This document shows, one piece after another, positions 33,801 to 48,400 of a stretch of 64,000 nt of DNA. Source of the stretch: Antedon mediterranea. Taxonomy: Eukaryota; Animalia; Echinodermata. Numbering within the stretch: position 1 is the first letter of the stretch; each line of letters begins with the position of its first letter. Position numbers and translations under genes: made by a program. The notes beneath the pieces are model-generated. The model was not told the DNA's origin. It did no database searches and saw nothing but the letters and a program-made list of their open reading frames with translations. The DNA lies in the NCBI RefSeq assembly GCF_964355755.1, contig NC_092676.1, positions 20,726,871 to 20,790,870 of the forward strand, given 5' to 3'.

Positions 33801-36800
33801 TTTTACTCTATTTAGTGGTATATTATTTATAGGCCTATAAAAAAATATTTCGTTACTGAGAGTGGATAATAAAGAAATATATTAAAGAACCATTTAATAT
33901 AAAGAATATATTAAAAAATTGTTCCTCTTTGTACCTATCCTCATCCCCAACGCTCAACTCTAATGTTAGATACAAAACCCTAAACTCTAATAGATACAAA
34001 ATTGGGTTTGTTTAAATGAGTCCAAATAACAAATTTGGACTCATTTGTGACAAGTTTCTAGGTGCTAATTTTGGTTGACTACATAAATCATTGTGTCTAT
34101 TTATTTGTTTCTGTAAAAGACAATGTTTTATAGTCCTGCCGTACGTACATTTGAAATCGCCAGTTTTTTTACGCTGAAATTACTATGTATTCGAGAACCA
34201 TCTGTGGGCACGAACTAGATGGTACGCGAGCGAAGCGAGCGTACCATCTAGTATAGAAAATAAAGTAAAACATGGAAAATAACCATTTTCAATTTGTAAT
34301 TTGATCTCATTTTATCATTGAAGGAGTTGGTGTGTTCGGAAGTGACTTTTAAAATAGATTATGTTACATGTTATTATTTTGTATTAAATTTAAATTTGGG
34401 TAGAAGCGTTTGGGTAGTAATGTTTTGTAGTAAATTTTGTTGAAATTATCTGGTTATATATTTTCCTACAGGTATCTAGCGTTACATCTTTCGTCGGGGT
34501 GATTATTCCAAGAGCTTCATTGGTTGCTAACCTAACAGCATCTTTGTACGTAACAAATCATTTTAAAGATCTATAAAAAAGTTTGGTGGTGATAAACGCA
34601 GCCCTGTCATGATTTCCTGAAAATAATAAAGGCACATTAGTACGGTACTATATGCACACGTTTCTCACGTTACGTATTAATGTTAACACTTTCTCTGACG
34701 TTTCAATTATAATTGCTAATTAAATGGAAATACAATACTGACAGTATCGTCTTTTAAGTGTTGTTACCTCTTGAACGCACCGCAAACAATTTGACTAATC
34801 ACGTTGCGATGGATCGTCGCTTTGTGATTGGTCAACTCACTTGCGCTGCGCCTATGTCGTTGCATTGCGTCCAAATGGAAAACCAAGCTTCATGATTGAT
34901 AGAATGTATTTAGGCCTCATAGATATACTATAGTAATATATCTTTGTAGGCCTAGTGTTATGGTAGTGAGATGATTTATAGCAAACCCACGCCTATTACA
35001 TACAGCCACAATGGGCCGAAATCCAACCAAACTGAGCGCTTCCCTGGCTGTCGTGGCCTAGCATCCGATTCCGAGATAACAATGTTGTATTTTTGTCAGC
35101 ATTGTATTGATTTATTGTATAATTATATAAAACGTTATAAAACATATGATTAATGTTTTGTATTCGTTAAAGAGAGAATTTAATTTACAGTCATTTAACG
35201 AGTTCATTGTTTCAACTCATTATTATATTATATTCTTCCCATTTAATTCATAGGCCTATACATTTAAACTGTTTTTGTTTATGCAGAATTTAAAATTGAT
35301 TTAAATAATATTGAAAAGTCACAATAAACATTCTTTTTTTCAGTTACTATTGTATATGTCTTTACCTTTTTGTGGTTTTGGTAATTGACTACTATAACGG
35401 TGTAGACTCAATGATTATTAAACTGAAGGATCGCCGAATTTCTCTAGCCAGGCCTCCGATTGCATGTTGTTGTGACTGCCTTCCAAAAATTAACATGACA
35501 AGGTAAACTGGAGTAGCATTCCTAAGTTGTATTGTATTGTTTTGTATTATAGGCCTACAAAATATAATAAAGTGTACAAAATAGGTTTTCTTGGAAAGAT
35601 CTCATCGAAACTTTACTCAAGCAGCCCAGACTACCTCGTGTAAAGTTATTATGTAGAAGCATTGTTTTTTTACATAAATATTATTACCTGCTATTAACAT
35701 TATTTTAACAGAAGTAATTTTCACAAACTTCGTCTTGGAATTCTTCAGAATGCAGTTGTCCGACCAATAAGTCTATTCATAGCTGCTACATTGTGGGCAG
35801 ATGGTACGGCGAAAGCGGTATGTTGAAAATACATTAATTATCTCATTTCAAATATTTTTGAATATAATTGAAATTATAGAGCATGTAACCCGGATTCATC
35901 CAGGCATTCGCGCCATTCGCCAAGGCGAAGGTCAGATGGATGAATGTATTTGTTTTTTAATGATTTTGTATTCTCTTGAATTTTTCTAAAGAAATTAGGC
36001 CTACTATTGATTGCGTGTACCATGTTATTGACTACAAAATGGTGTCTCGAGAGATCATATCCTAACAATGTTCTTTTTATTATAAATATTATTGAAAGAA
36101 ACAACACATTTCGATATTTCGATGTAATAACACTGTGATTTCGATGTTTCTCTCGATTTCGATTGTAATATAAATAGTATTGGCTTTAAAATCTGGAGAA
36201 ACAAAGTAAACTATTTTATTGTTTCCTGATCATATATATACAATATAAATGTCTCTCTTAACCTTTCGTATACAATTTAAAATATCATGGTCTTATCCAT
36301 ATACTTCTTCAGTAAAAACAAATCTTACTTGGGTCCTTTCCACTTTCTCTCTCCATTGGTTATAACATTGCACATAGGAATTTTGGAAGGCATAGTGTCA
36401 GCTGACTATATATTTTCAAATTATTGAAGCATTTCATATTTGATACTTTTACTTTGTTTTTTTTTGTATCACCCGTAAACTCATAGATTTTCTACTCCGT
36501 AGACCTTTTTTTTATTGTTTGTAGGCTTATACATGCATATTTTCTATACTTTGACATTTTATTTTTTAAATCATCATCACAAACATAATTATAGCTATCA
36601 GTTAATATGCCTTTTGGTTTTTGTGTTCCAACTTCCCGTTTGATGTTTTGTCTTACTTTTTTATTTATTGTAATGGATATTGAAGTCTTACAAGACTTAT
36701 CTTCTCTGATCAATGGTTAGAGTATTACACATTTTACAAGCATGGAAGAAATTACCGCTCAGCATATCATTATTACTAGCTCAATAATTAAAGTAATTAG

Positions 36801-38638
36801 TTGGAAATACTAATTACAAATTATTCTTTAAAGGTTGAAGCCTATCTGTACATGAATATTATTACTATGATTTCTTCAATATTTGCTGTGTATTCGTTAG
36901 CAGTAATTTACAATGCTTCGAAAAAGCCACTAAAAGAGTTTATGATCACACCAAAGTTTATTGCAATGAAACTAGTTATGCTGGTTGGAAATACCCAGCA
37001 TTTTATATTAAGTATGCTGGCCTATATTGAGGTGATTCTTCCCTGTAAGCCGCCATTTAACACACAAACTCGAGCGAACAGTAAGTATAATATTTACTGT
37101 TTTGTCTATTATTTCATAAACATGCTAGGTTAACATTGATGTCCATTCCGTGAGATCCCTACATACTCTACATAATTGATATGAAATGATGCCATTATTC
37201 CCAAATATGGACACCCCTTGAATATCACGGCGAGGGTAGTAGACTGGAGGGATTGCTATACAGGTAGGTATCTGACGAGCGTGCGCATAGACTACCGTAG
37301 TATATGCGCCAACAACACCACAGTTTTTGGTGGTTTGTGTATTTTAATGTAAGCCTAAGTGTTCCCCGGTATCAAAATATTTTATTTCAACTTAAATATT
37401 TGCTTATTCGTTGGTTGTAATTGCCTTTTTGTATTAAAGATGTATTGTCCAGTTGGAAAAAATATGTATTTAAAAAAAAACATTATGCCATTTTAATGAC
37501 AAATAGGCCTAATACTATCCTATTCATTACATTCACTTTGACCGAAAATGTAAAGCAAAACATACTATTGTCTGTCAGACCGTGGTTTTTGCTAAATTTA
37601 ACGATTTCATTTTGTCAGTATTAGGTAAGAGAATTATTTTTATTCGTTTTCTAAAGAAGTGTATAAATATGGCCTATTCAAATCTGTTATGTTTTTAGAG
37701 GACAATACATATATCTTTAAGTATTATGTGCTTCCTCGCGGACAGTAAATAGGCCTCTGTTTGCCTATTCATTCATCAGTTATTTTACTTTTATTCTGGA
37801 AACGGATGTTCATAGTTACAAAATCAATTGCATAAATATAAGGTTAAATAAAAAAGGCACAAAAAAAAAAACCACCGGTATCAGATCATCTCAGGATCTC
37901 CATCATTTTGTTATGGACCTTGGATGATTCAAATGATGATACCATAATACATTCTATCATTTTTTCTATAAAAGCTAAATACAATATATGCCCATGGGTA
38001 TTGCACTAGTCTACATTACTTTTATTCATGAGTTTCGTGTTTTGTTTTTTTCTGTATGTGTTAGGTTATCATATTTTCAAATACAAATTCAGACCTCATA
38101 AAGGTATATATTATAAATATAGGTATACATTTCATTATTAATAAGTGTTTTCCGGCATCAAATTCTTTGTGTTGTGTTCCAGGATTTATAAAGCGCCAAT
38201 GTTATGAAACCTCTAAGGGCTGAAGAAAACACCATACATTATAGACCTTCATAATTATACAAAGTGATAACATTTACACAAATCTCATTCCAAAAGAATT
38301 ATTTTACTTTTGAAATATCATTTTCAATTTCTTTTATAGCAATATTTTATCGAAAACCATCCACAGACGTTGACAACCCCAATAATTTGTATTTTCTAAT
38401 TTATATTTCAGCGATTTATAATATGCTTATCATTTATGAAACTTTTATTATGTTGCTACTCGGAAGGATATTCATATTCATTTGGCGAGAGAAAGAAAAC
38501 AGCGATTCTGAAAGTAATTTTGAATTATCAGAAAGTATTTCTATAGTTGAAAGAAACATGTGCTGCAAACAAAAGGTCGAATCTTCAACGAGTGATGAAA
38601 ACGCATCTGTAACAAATATACCAAAGGACGTTGTATAG
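30884..38638 (+). CDS. Organic solute transporter alpha-like (SLC51A/OST-alpha family)
   Basis: Exons approx. 30884-30938, 32352-32512, 34472-34545, 35344-35502, 35712-35817, 36834-37081, 38412-38638. Multiple TM segments, IPRAS, PPIACCCDCLP cysteine cluster, ILQNAVVRP, PKFIAMKL and LPCKPPF. Confidence 0.88.
32155..32312. repeat. Short dispersed MITE-like repeat (GCTTGGTTCCCACTAGGACGCAACGC-type ends)
   Basis: Related copies at ~31020-31183 and ~34790-34890 share CCAATCACAAGCGATGGAT and GCGTTGCGTC. Confidence 0.7.
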
Positions 38639-38846
38639 AACGAACTAAGTGTTAATTTATAGAGTTTGATCAATGAGCTTAATAGACGCGCATCTAGATG
38701 ATTGTCAATAGGCTGTTAAAACAACATAGCATTGGTATTATTGTGCTCAATAAATTATTATTTTGACGACATTTACTACAGTATAAAAGAAAATCAATTA
38801 AATCGTTACGTTATTGTATTTTTTTAATGTAAAGCAAAATGTAATA

Positions 38847-38973
38847 CCGGTACACCACGTATTAGTTCTGGAAATAACTGTTGAGTTTTTCGATGTTTCG
38901 ATCAATATCAATATTTATTGAAACGAAGAGAAACTCAACAGTTCTTTTCAGAACTAATATACGTGGTGTACCG
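38847..38973. repeat. Palindromic MITE-like hairpin
   Basis: CGGTACACCACGTATTAGTTCTG..AACTGTTGAGTTT mirrored by AAACTCAACAGTT..CAGAACTAATATACGTGGTGTACCG. Confidence 0.8.
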
Positions 38974-39438
38974 CAAGCTTTATATCAACATTTGATTTCG
39001 CCATGCAAACCTTCAAACAATATATTATGTAAAACCGTAACGAAAGTCTATATTAAATAAATAACCATGACATTACAAAACAATTCCACGGAGTATAACG
39101 TATGTACTTAAAGCATTGTTGACTTCCTTATCCAATTCAATTTTGGAGAAAATTCCTGAAATACTATATTCCTTATAGAAGTGTGATTGTATATAGTCAA
39201 CATCGACAGATGTGTGTGACGAAAATGTAAAGAGATCCTTATCGGAAAGTTTAATAACGCCTGAGGTTGAACATTGAAAAACATATGCGATATTATTGTG
39301 TGTGAGGAAAATTAAAAGCCATCTTTATCGGAAAAAACACATAGATATTATTGCATATAATATAATTATGTTGTTATTTTTTGTGTTACACACCAAGGCC
39401 CACTTATAATTTTTTTTAAATGTTTACACCCCACCCAC

Positions 39439-42400
39439 TCAAACAATTCTACATCTATCTGAAACTAAACGAATGGTTCGACTTTTATTTAATGCTGTTA
39501 AAAGTTCGTATTCGGCTGGCATGTGGTGATTGGTGGTATAATTCAGTGTCCTGTTGTCGTAGTAATGATGTTTTAACGGTTTGCCACTCGGAGATTTATA
39601 AAATGGATAAAAACCATATAACGAAACATATTGACACATTGACCCAGCTGCTGTATACATGATTAACCCCAGAGATGGGTTTCTTATTTTCCAAAATCTG
39701 AAAGAAAAGTCATTTGTTGTAGGCTATGAAGAAAATTATATTTATGCATGCATAATTTAATGTGCTGATGATGTCAATTTATTCCTGTTATCTTTAATTA
39801 TGTTCATTTTCAGTATGCATTATTATTATTATTTTACTCGTTGAACATTCTTGTAAGAAACGTTAAATCCCCAGCTCAAATCCACTGTCTTACAAAAACG
39901 GAAGTTAATGAAAGAATAGTAAGATTAAGATGATACTTACTTTGTAACTAGTGGTAGCATACCTCGGTACGAATATACAATTCTAACTGTTAAATTATTC
40001 TGTTTGATACCTGCTACAAGATTATGTGCGTAGCTTATATTCTTTTCTGCGTTCAATTTAGAAATCCATATATATGTGTCATTAAGCTCTTTAAACGTGT
40101 CGTATGAAGTTTTGTAGCAACTATTTGAAGTGTTTGTTAGACATATACTGCTTTCGATACTGGCGGCCCCATTGAGCACCATCATATCTATTTTACCACC
40201 AACGTCTTGTTCAAAACCAATAGTTTGTGCAAGATTTCCTCTAAAAACAAAGTCGTGTTCATCTATTTCACGTCCACAATTGCTGTTTAGTAGATTACCA
40301 GCACTGCCTACAACTGCACAGGATCCTTGCAGAGGAATACTGTCGATACCTTCTGGTAATTTTGTCATTCGTTTGTTCTGTTTGAAGCCATCTTTGTAAA
40401 TTAGTGTTAATAGAGACGGTTTAAATCCAGCCTTCTGAAGTCGTTTTCTTTAATAGAATACAAACTTATAAATTCTGGGCTTATAATTGATTTAAAAAAA
40501 CTCTAGACAGGCATGTTCGAATTCAGTATGAGGCATATGTATACTTTTTGTTCTATTTCGTGAGAACAAACCACTTTTATTTCATTCAAACCACCGTAAA
40601 TTTTACATGTAAAATCAGTATTCAAAAAAGTAATATAGCATATGCATACTAAAAACTCTCTAATATTATTATTATGAAAAACAATTAAGGAAGAATTTTA
40701 GCATTTGCCCTTTATATTTTTCAAATTTCCCTAAATTTAGACTTCGAATATGCCATTTTACAGTTTAATAAAGTCATTCCCACTTAAAATAGATGAAATA
40801 AACGGTTAAGTTTAACCAAAACCATAGTGTGACAGACAATTTGAATATTATTCGTTTAGTAATCATAATAATAATATTCTCTCTGAGCCAATATGCTGCT
40901 TTCATTGTATTTGTTTGTGTCATTATTATTAATGAATCCGTATCTTGTAAAAAGTACACCAAGATCATTGTATTATATTATACAACTTATATAGAAATTC
41001 AACAGTTTGTATTTATATACAATAAATGTTTCGTCACCAAATCTGATTTTAATTGGTGTAGAATTCTTTCAAGTCTATCTGAAAGAGTAAAGCTCTGTTT
41101 GGTATTTGCTATTTAAGCAGAGACCATGCATACATTTGTGGTGGCAGAAATTAGATGATCAAAAGAAGGCTGCAATAGGCGGGGTAGAAAAAGAAAATAG
41201 ACATATATAGTCAAGTTCTATTTGATATGATAACTAGGAAGGTATAATGCCACCGTGTATTATGATCAGTGAAATGATTACCGTATCCAGTAAAAACGAA
41301 AGCAAAACTTACCTCATATCTAATGCTTTGCTTTCTTTAATGTGATTAGTCAATACTTTCCTACAAACAAAATCATAGGTTAAAATTATAATGGATACAC
41401 ATAAACTAAATACTCTTTTGATAAGAAGTAATAACTAAGATTATGGTACTTATCGGAAAGTTTCGTTTTGGCAGCTCCCTACCAATTAATTTCATCCGGC
41501 AGTGTGCTAATTTTAAATTTTTTAAACCACGCTAAAGACTTCTTTTCGAAGTGTCTTAATTTACGGTTATTATACATTACATCATACATCTTAATGTTGA
41601 CATTTCCTACTTTTTCCAGCTTGCTTTGTTCGCTTATATAAATGCGACTCTTGTTTATATATATAAAAGTATCTCTTCGGAGATCCCGCCTGCGATTTTT
41701 TTTTTCGTAATTAAGTTGGGAACCCCCTTATGAAACGTCACAAAATAAACATGAATAATTCATCAGTTAAATTTTCTTGTTCCGTGTGCACCCAAGCGTA
41801 TAGCAACAAGAAGTGATTATACACAAGTGCGGTACGATTCTAGGCCTATCTCCGCTGTGGTTGCCGCGTGGGATTTCATAAAAGAATAGCGGCGTTTTGT
41901 CAGGGGCGGATCCAGGATTATTTTTGCGGGGGTGGGGGGGGGGGGGGGGGTGGCACACGCGATCGTAGAGAGAAAATGGGGAAAGCCCAGAAAAAAATGC
42001 ATTTTATGGTGTTCGAGATCACTAACGCACTCTGATTCGATCATCTGTAAAGGGTCTTGCACAACTCTTCACAGTTCCAAACTTCAGGGTGGCGAAAGTA
42101 TTTTTCCCAAAGACTTTCTCTGAAAATCCGAGAGAGGGCGTCATATTTCGTCCCATTGTGTAGGGGGAGCATTATGCATCTCTCTGCGCTCGCCTTTTGA
42201 ATGAACATTTTAATATGCTGCGCTTTCCGAATGAATTGCCGATTCTTACAAAGGGAGGATATCGCCTTGTTGTAGGCCTAACTACAGTACGTATACGCCT
42301 TTTTCACGAAACGGAAGACATCTTCGATCGATGACAAACAATGCCGTGCAACTAAGCGTAACCAACAGAAATAACATAACGTTTTCAGGGGATTTCAGGA

Positions 42401-45400
42401 CACCATGTTAATTAAAATAATATCGTAACTCTTCAACGGAGGATCGTATGAGAAAAAAAATTACTGTAAAATGTTCTTAAAAGATTTTCGTATATCACTG
42501 TGTGATTAAAAAAAAAATGTGAACATTTTTTTTAACTGCTTAAAATCTATCGAAAAAAACACCACAGTGTATAAGCATAGGCAGGCCCGTAGCCAGGTTT
42601 TTTTTGGGGGGTTCGGGCGAACCTCCCCTTTTGCGCGAACCCCCTTTTACCAGCGAACCCCCCTTGAAAAACAAAGGCCCCACTTCCAAAATCGTGCAAT
42701 TAATTATCAATTATAGCAGATTTTTTGGTCATTTTACTTCTATTGACTATGTTTAAATCGATCGAATTCGAATATACAGATTGTCCGATGTCAAAGTCAC
42801 TGCTGAGCGTGAGATCGAGAGATTGTTGAGAGATGATGGTTATAAATATGACAAAAAAAATGGACTGACCAATCGCGTGCTTCGGCCGGGCTTTTCGGAA
42901 CGCACAAGATCACGTTCAGTTCAGTTCAATCTTTTTGTGGATTTTTATTTTTTTCCTGGAAATATTTTTCATTAAACCAAAGAATTTCACTGTGTAAACT
43001 TGAATAAAAATGGTTAAATTGGTACGTGTACATTTATATTTCGGTGTATAAGACGCACTTTTGACACGCAAATTTGACCTCTAAATGTTACCCTAATTAA
43101 TTTAATTACCTACTAATACTTAAATTAAACCACAGTGTGGTAACAAGTTTATTGAATTTTTAGTTAAGGTAAATTGTCATCCTCGACTGTATTAATTAAT
43201 ATTACAGTACGCATTAGATATTCTACCCAGGCCTAGTAATATAATACTCTCTGAACTCGGTGGTTTATTTTTATTACATCTCTATGTCAACAATCACATA
43301 ATTTTATAATCATGTAGGCAATAGTTCGTATGTCAAGCAATATCTAAAAGAGTGTGTTGTTATTGTGTTAAGTAGCTTCCCCTAATCTCATAGTGTATAT
43401 GGCCAACAGTGCTGGCCACCAGGCAAGGAGCACATGGTTAGTGCTCTCCTCTCCTCATATTGCTGTAATGCATGCATGGAAATAGGAAAGATTTTCATAT
43501 AGGCCTACCCAACATGATATTCCTGGTTCATTATCAGCCCAAAACACTGAACATCATTTGGATTGATTTTATAATGGTCATACACACAATAAGAAGGTAT
43601 ATATTTAAATAATATGAAATTAAAGTTACTTAAATAGATATAGGCTGTAGGCTGGGGGCCAGTGCATCGTAACTGAAACAATATGGGGATTTCCCTTTTC
43701 ATTGAACGTTCAGTTGAAGTAGAGACTGATTACGATGTAATAAAGATAAGATAAGATAAGATAAGATAACTTTTATTGATCCTCAAAAAGGAAATTCATT
43801 GCTCGTCATAATAACAAAGAAAACACTATAAAAACAAATATAGCATAAAACCATTCAAGGCAATCAAATAAAATTATATCATTTGATTCTAATAAATATG
43901 TCTCAAATATCGTTGTTTTATTATTAAAATACCATTGTTTTGATTGTAAAATGTTTAAATTTCGGCCTAGAAATAAGTGCGTCTTATGCATCGACTACAT
44001 AAAAAATACTAATATTTCAGTCTCCGTTATGGGTGCGTCTTATACACTGGTGCGACTTGTACACCGAAATATACGGTACTATTTGTTTTTTATGTTTATA
44101 GGATAAGAAATTATTTAAGGGCCTAATATAATATACTTTTTTGCAACAATAAAGCTGTATTTCATGATCAGTACTACTAACTTCCATAATACTGTACTAT
44201 ATAATTTCTCTGCATAATTCAGATTTTAGTAGGTAAAAAATGTCTCTGTAAGCTTATTAAAACAACCGAAATTGCTCTGAGAGCCAAAGCTTCCAGGGGC
44301 CTTCGCCCCCTGGACCCCGACCGGGGGCCCTTGGCGGCCCCCAGCCTACAGTTGCTCGCTGCGCTCGCAAAATACTTGGTGTCAAGAAAACCCCCCTCTG
44401 ATGCATTCTGGCTACGGGCCTGTTGTAGACAAACAAGTATTTAGTCTATATTGCTTTGTATAATAATACAATAGACCTACAAATAATTTTTAAAGCAGTT
44501 GCTGATGTCTATTCACAGTCCACTCCCCCAATACAGGACACAAGACATTTCTGGAACAGCAGACATCAAACTGTCCAGTATTATCATAGTTGAATAATAA
44601 TATTAGTAATATTTTTTTCTTGGTGTTTTAGAAGGTCAATCCTGGACATTCAGAAATGTATCGATGAACTGGAAACCAAGCAGCAGATAATGCTCGCAAA
44701 ATACTTGGTGTCAAGAAAACCCCCCTCTGATGCATTCTGGCTACGGGCCTGATAGGCTGAAAACGCTATGTTATTTCTGTTGGTTAAGCTTTGTTGCACG
44801 GCATTGTTTGTCATCGATCGAAGATGTCTTCCGTTTCGTGAAAAAAGGCGTATTGGTCCCTGGGTGTAGCATGACTCATATATCAACGCCCGCGGCGTTT
44901 ATGTTAGTACACAAATATACGAATTAATAATGTTCAATACTCATTACTTTATTAAAGGCACTATGTGCGTGCGATATTCTATGTAGTATGACTTGGATAC
45001 TCTCGTTTTATTTAAATTTTTGTGGCTAAACTCATCGTTTTTAACATAAATTCGGACGATTTTTGCTATAAAAGTTGGGTTTTCATAATTAATTAACAAT
45101 TACCTACTCTCGTTTGGTAGATATTGCAACATTCTGAGTCTCGTTTTTTTTTCCGTTTGGTGTTTTGTAGGACCGCGCTCGCCAAAGACAACAGTCGTTC
45201 ACGTGTGGGAAGGGCCGTATTTCATCGCCTTTGTTGAGGATAAAAATTATCCTAGGCGATCGGGCGCTGCACGACCCTCCCCATCATGTTATTGAAGGCG
45301 CCATGAGAATTAATTTTATTAGCGATGTAAGTAGGCTTTACAAAAAACAAAACTTGTAGACCTGGAGACAACATTTTATTTTTTTAACATGTTTGAGTGA

Positions 45401-48400
45401 GATGTTCGGCGATATATGCACACGTGTGTACTCACGACGTCGATGTAAACAAACAGCCAACTTACTACTTCCGTCTGAGTGTATTGCATTTTGGGTAATG
45501 ATGACGTTTTGCTCGACGACAACCCATAGATTTAACCGGTTATTTCGGAGCACAAATTGAGCAGAAACGCGGTCTTGTTATTGTTATCTATTTTTAATCT
45601 ATTTAAAAATAACCGGTTAAATTGCGTTATGCAGCAGAAACAGACCCGATCGACGCTTGGACCACAATGAAAATAAGTTGGAATCGTTCACCTTTGTTCC
45701 CGGCCTCAAACCCCTCCCCCGCTCATTGCGCACGCGTCTATTCCTCCTCTACTACTAGGCCTAGTACTAGTACCAGATAGAGAGTACTACTACCCTAGAC
45801 TATTCATATCAGTTATCCGTGGGTCTCTTATTTTATAGCAAAAATATCGCAGTATAGCCTAAATAAAGTATTATTATTACACAGTAATAGGTTAAATGAT
45901 GTTGCACCTTCTTTTTTTTTGGACATGATGAATAGTGTGTGTCACGACGGTGGAGGTAGTCTGGGTTCCAGACGGAGTTTTGTCTTAATATTAGTAAAAA
46001 GATAAATATTTTGGCACATATGGCGTTTCATACGTATACTACTTGATTTTGGATACTCCTAAAGGGGTCGTCAAACACACGGCCAGCATGTGGTTCTTTT
46101 TTGGCCAGCCTGTGGTCCGAGGGCGCTAGACATTTGGCCAGCCTGTGGTCCCGAGGGCACTAGCATGAAAACACACAGCCCGTCTCTGTGATTCTTTTTT
46201 GGCCAGCCTGTGGTTGGGGGGCGATAGACATATCGGCCAGCCTGCGGTCCCAAGGGCGCTAGACATAACTTTTCCATGCTTTTCTAAAGTGAGCCCTCTA
46301 CAGCTGTTTTCATTTTATAAAAACTTCACTGTGCTTTGACAAGAATATGTGTGGTCTTAATGTATTATATTAGATTATTATTTTTTATATTAAATAATGT
46401 TTTTGGACACATTTACGGCCGCCATGTTGTTGGTTCTTCCTCCTGTTGGAATCACTTTTCAGTCTGGAGTACGCCCTCTGGTGTTCTTATTACATCTCTC
46501 TCTGTCTATGGCTCTCTGCTGGCTGACCGAAATGTCTAGCGCCCTCGGGACCACAGGCTGGCCAAATGTCTAGCGCCCTCGGACCACAGGCTGGCCATAA
46601 AAGAACCACAGGCTGGCCGTGTGTTTGACGACCCCTGCTCGGATACTCCGTCTGGGGAAACACGCACAAGTCACGTGGTTTGACACCAAGAATTCTTGGT
46701 GCATACGATTATCCGGTTGACTAGTTTCAGCTGCATGCGATTGGCTACTCACTCGTACGCCGTTTTAATATTCATATTTCAGAAGTTCAAAGACTCGCAT
46801 ATGTTACGCTTAGACAACGTGTACTTGGTACATTGATGAAAGTTTCTGAAGGCTAGAAATGATTTTATATGCCTAGTAGTTCGGTAAACATTTGATGGGA
46901 TTTTTCCCAAGAACATGAAAACTCGTCTTGATAAGATAGGCTGCTTCTCCGCAAATCAAACATTGAATGGATCATTTATTACGCGGAGATAATTTGATTT
47001 AATTCCCACCCAGACCCTGTCCTGTTCTGTGTAGTGTGTGGTGTAGCTTTGTTGTGTGCCGGTGGTATGTAGGCCTACTTTATTGGCGTTTTATTTGGCA
47101 GGTCATACGTGCGAGTTGAGTAGTAGGACCTACGAAAGAGGCCTAGGCCAATGACTAAACAATTAATAAAAAAACAACTTGGCAACACGATTTATCAACA
47201 GTCTCGTCTCGTACATTCAGCACTGTACGTACTCGATCTTTTTCATTTTGAAACAAGATGATCATTGGTTGATTCGAAATCTATATTTACATACCGCCCG
47301 CCCCATATAGCCAAATACGGTATGATCACTACGTCATTCTTATCGGACGTTTGCGGTCTACAAATCGATTTCTATACGCGTTTCACAAGTCTGTATTTTC
47401 AGACAAAAATCGCGGTCGCAATAAAAACAAATAAATAAAAAAGAAAATACAGACTTGGGGCAAGTCTACGGTGGAGGCAGCAAGCAAATCAAACTTGTTA
47501 CGTACACGCATATTAACCGATAGTTCGCACACGCACGCGCTGTTGGATGTATCATTATCTGTACAACAACAGCACGTGTGCTTTGTTTTGTCCAGACAAT
47601 TCCAAATATTAAAAAGTGTCTGTTGAGCTATCGTGTTTCGGTAATAAAACAGACTGATAGAAGAAGTTACCCAGTTTCTAATCTAAAAACTTTTTTTTAA
47701 ACTTTTTTTTTTACTTCTGTTTGATACCTGCTACAAGATTATGTGCGTAGCTTATATTCTTTTCTGCGTTCAATTTAGAAATCCATATATATGTGTCATT
47801 AAGTTCTTTAAACGTTTCGTATGAAGTTTTGTAGCAACTATTTGAAGTGTTTGTTAGAGATATACTGCTTTCGATACTGGCGGCCTCATTGAGCACCATC
47901 ATATCTATTTTACCACCAACGTCTTGTTCAAAACCAATAGTTTGTGCAAGATTTCCTCTAAAAACAAAGTCGTGTTCATCTATTTCACGTCCACAACTGA
48001 TGTTTAGTAGATTACCAGCACTGCCTACAACTGCACAGAATCCTTGCAGAGGAATACTGTCGATACCTTCTGGTAATTTTGTCATTCGTTTTTTCTGTTT
48101 GAAGCCATCTTTGTAAATTAGTGTTAATAGAGACGGTTTGAATCCAGCCTTCTGAAGTCGTTTTCTTTAATAGAATACAAACTTATAAATTCTGGGCTTA
48201 TAATTGATTAAAAGAAACTCTAGACAGGCATGTTCGAATTCAGTATGAGGCATATGCATACTTTTTGTTCTATTTCGTGAGAACAAACCACTTTTATTTC
48301 ATTCAAACCACCGTCAATTTTACATGTAAAATCAGTATTCAAAAAAGTAATATAGCATATGCATACTAAAAACTCTCTAATATTATTGTTATGAAAAACA

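Noticed and set aside
36210-36720. Possible old LINE 3' fragment on the minus strand
   Set aside because: Too degenerate to support with motifs.
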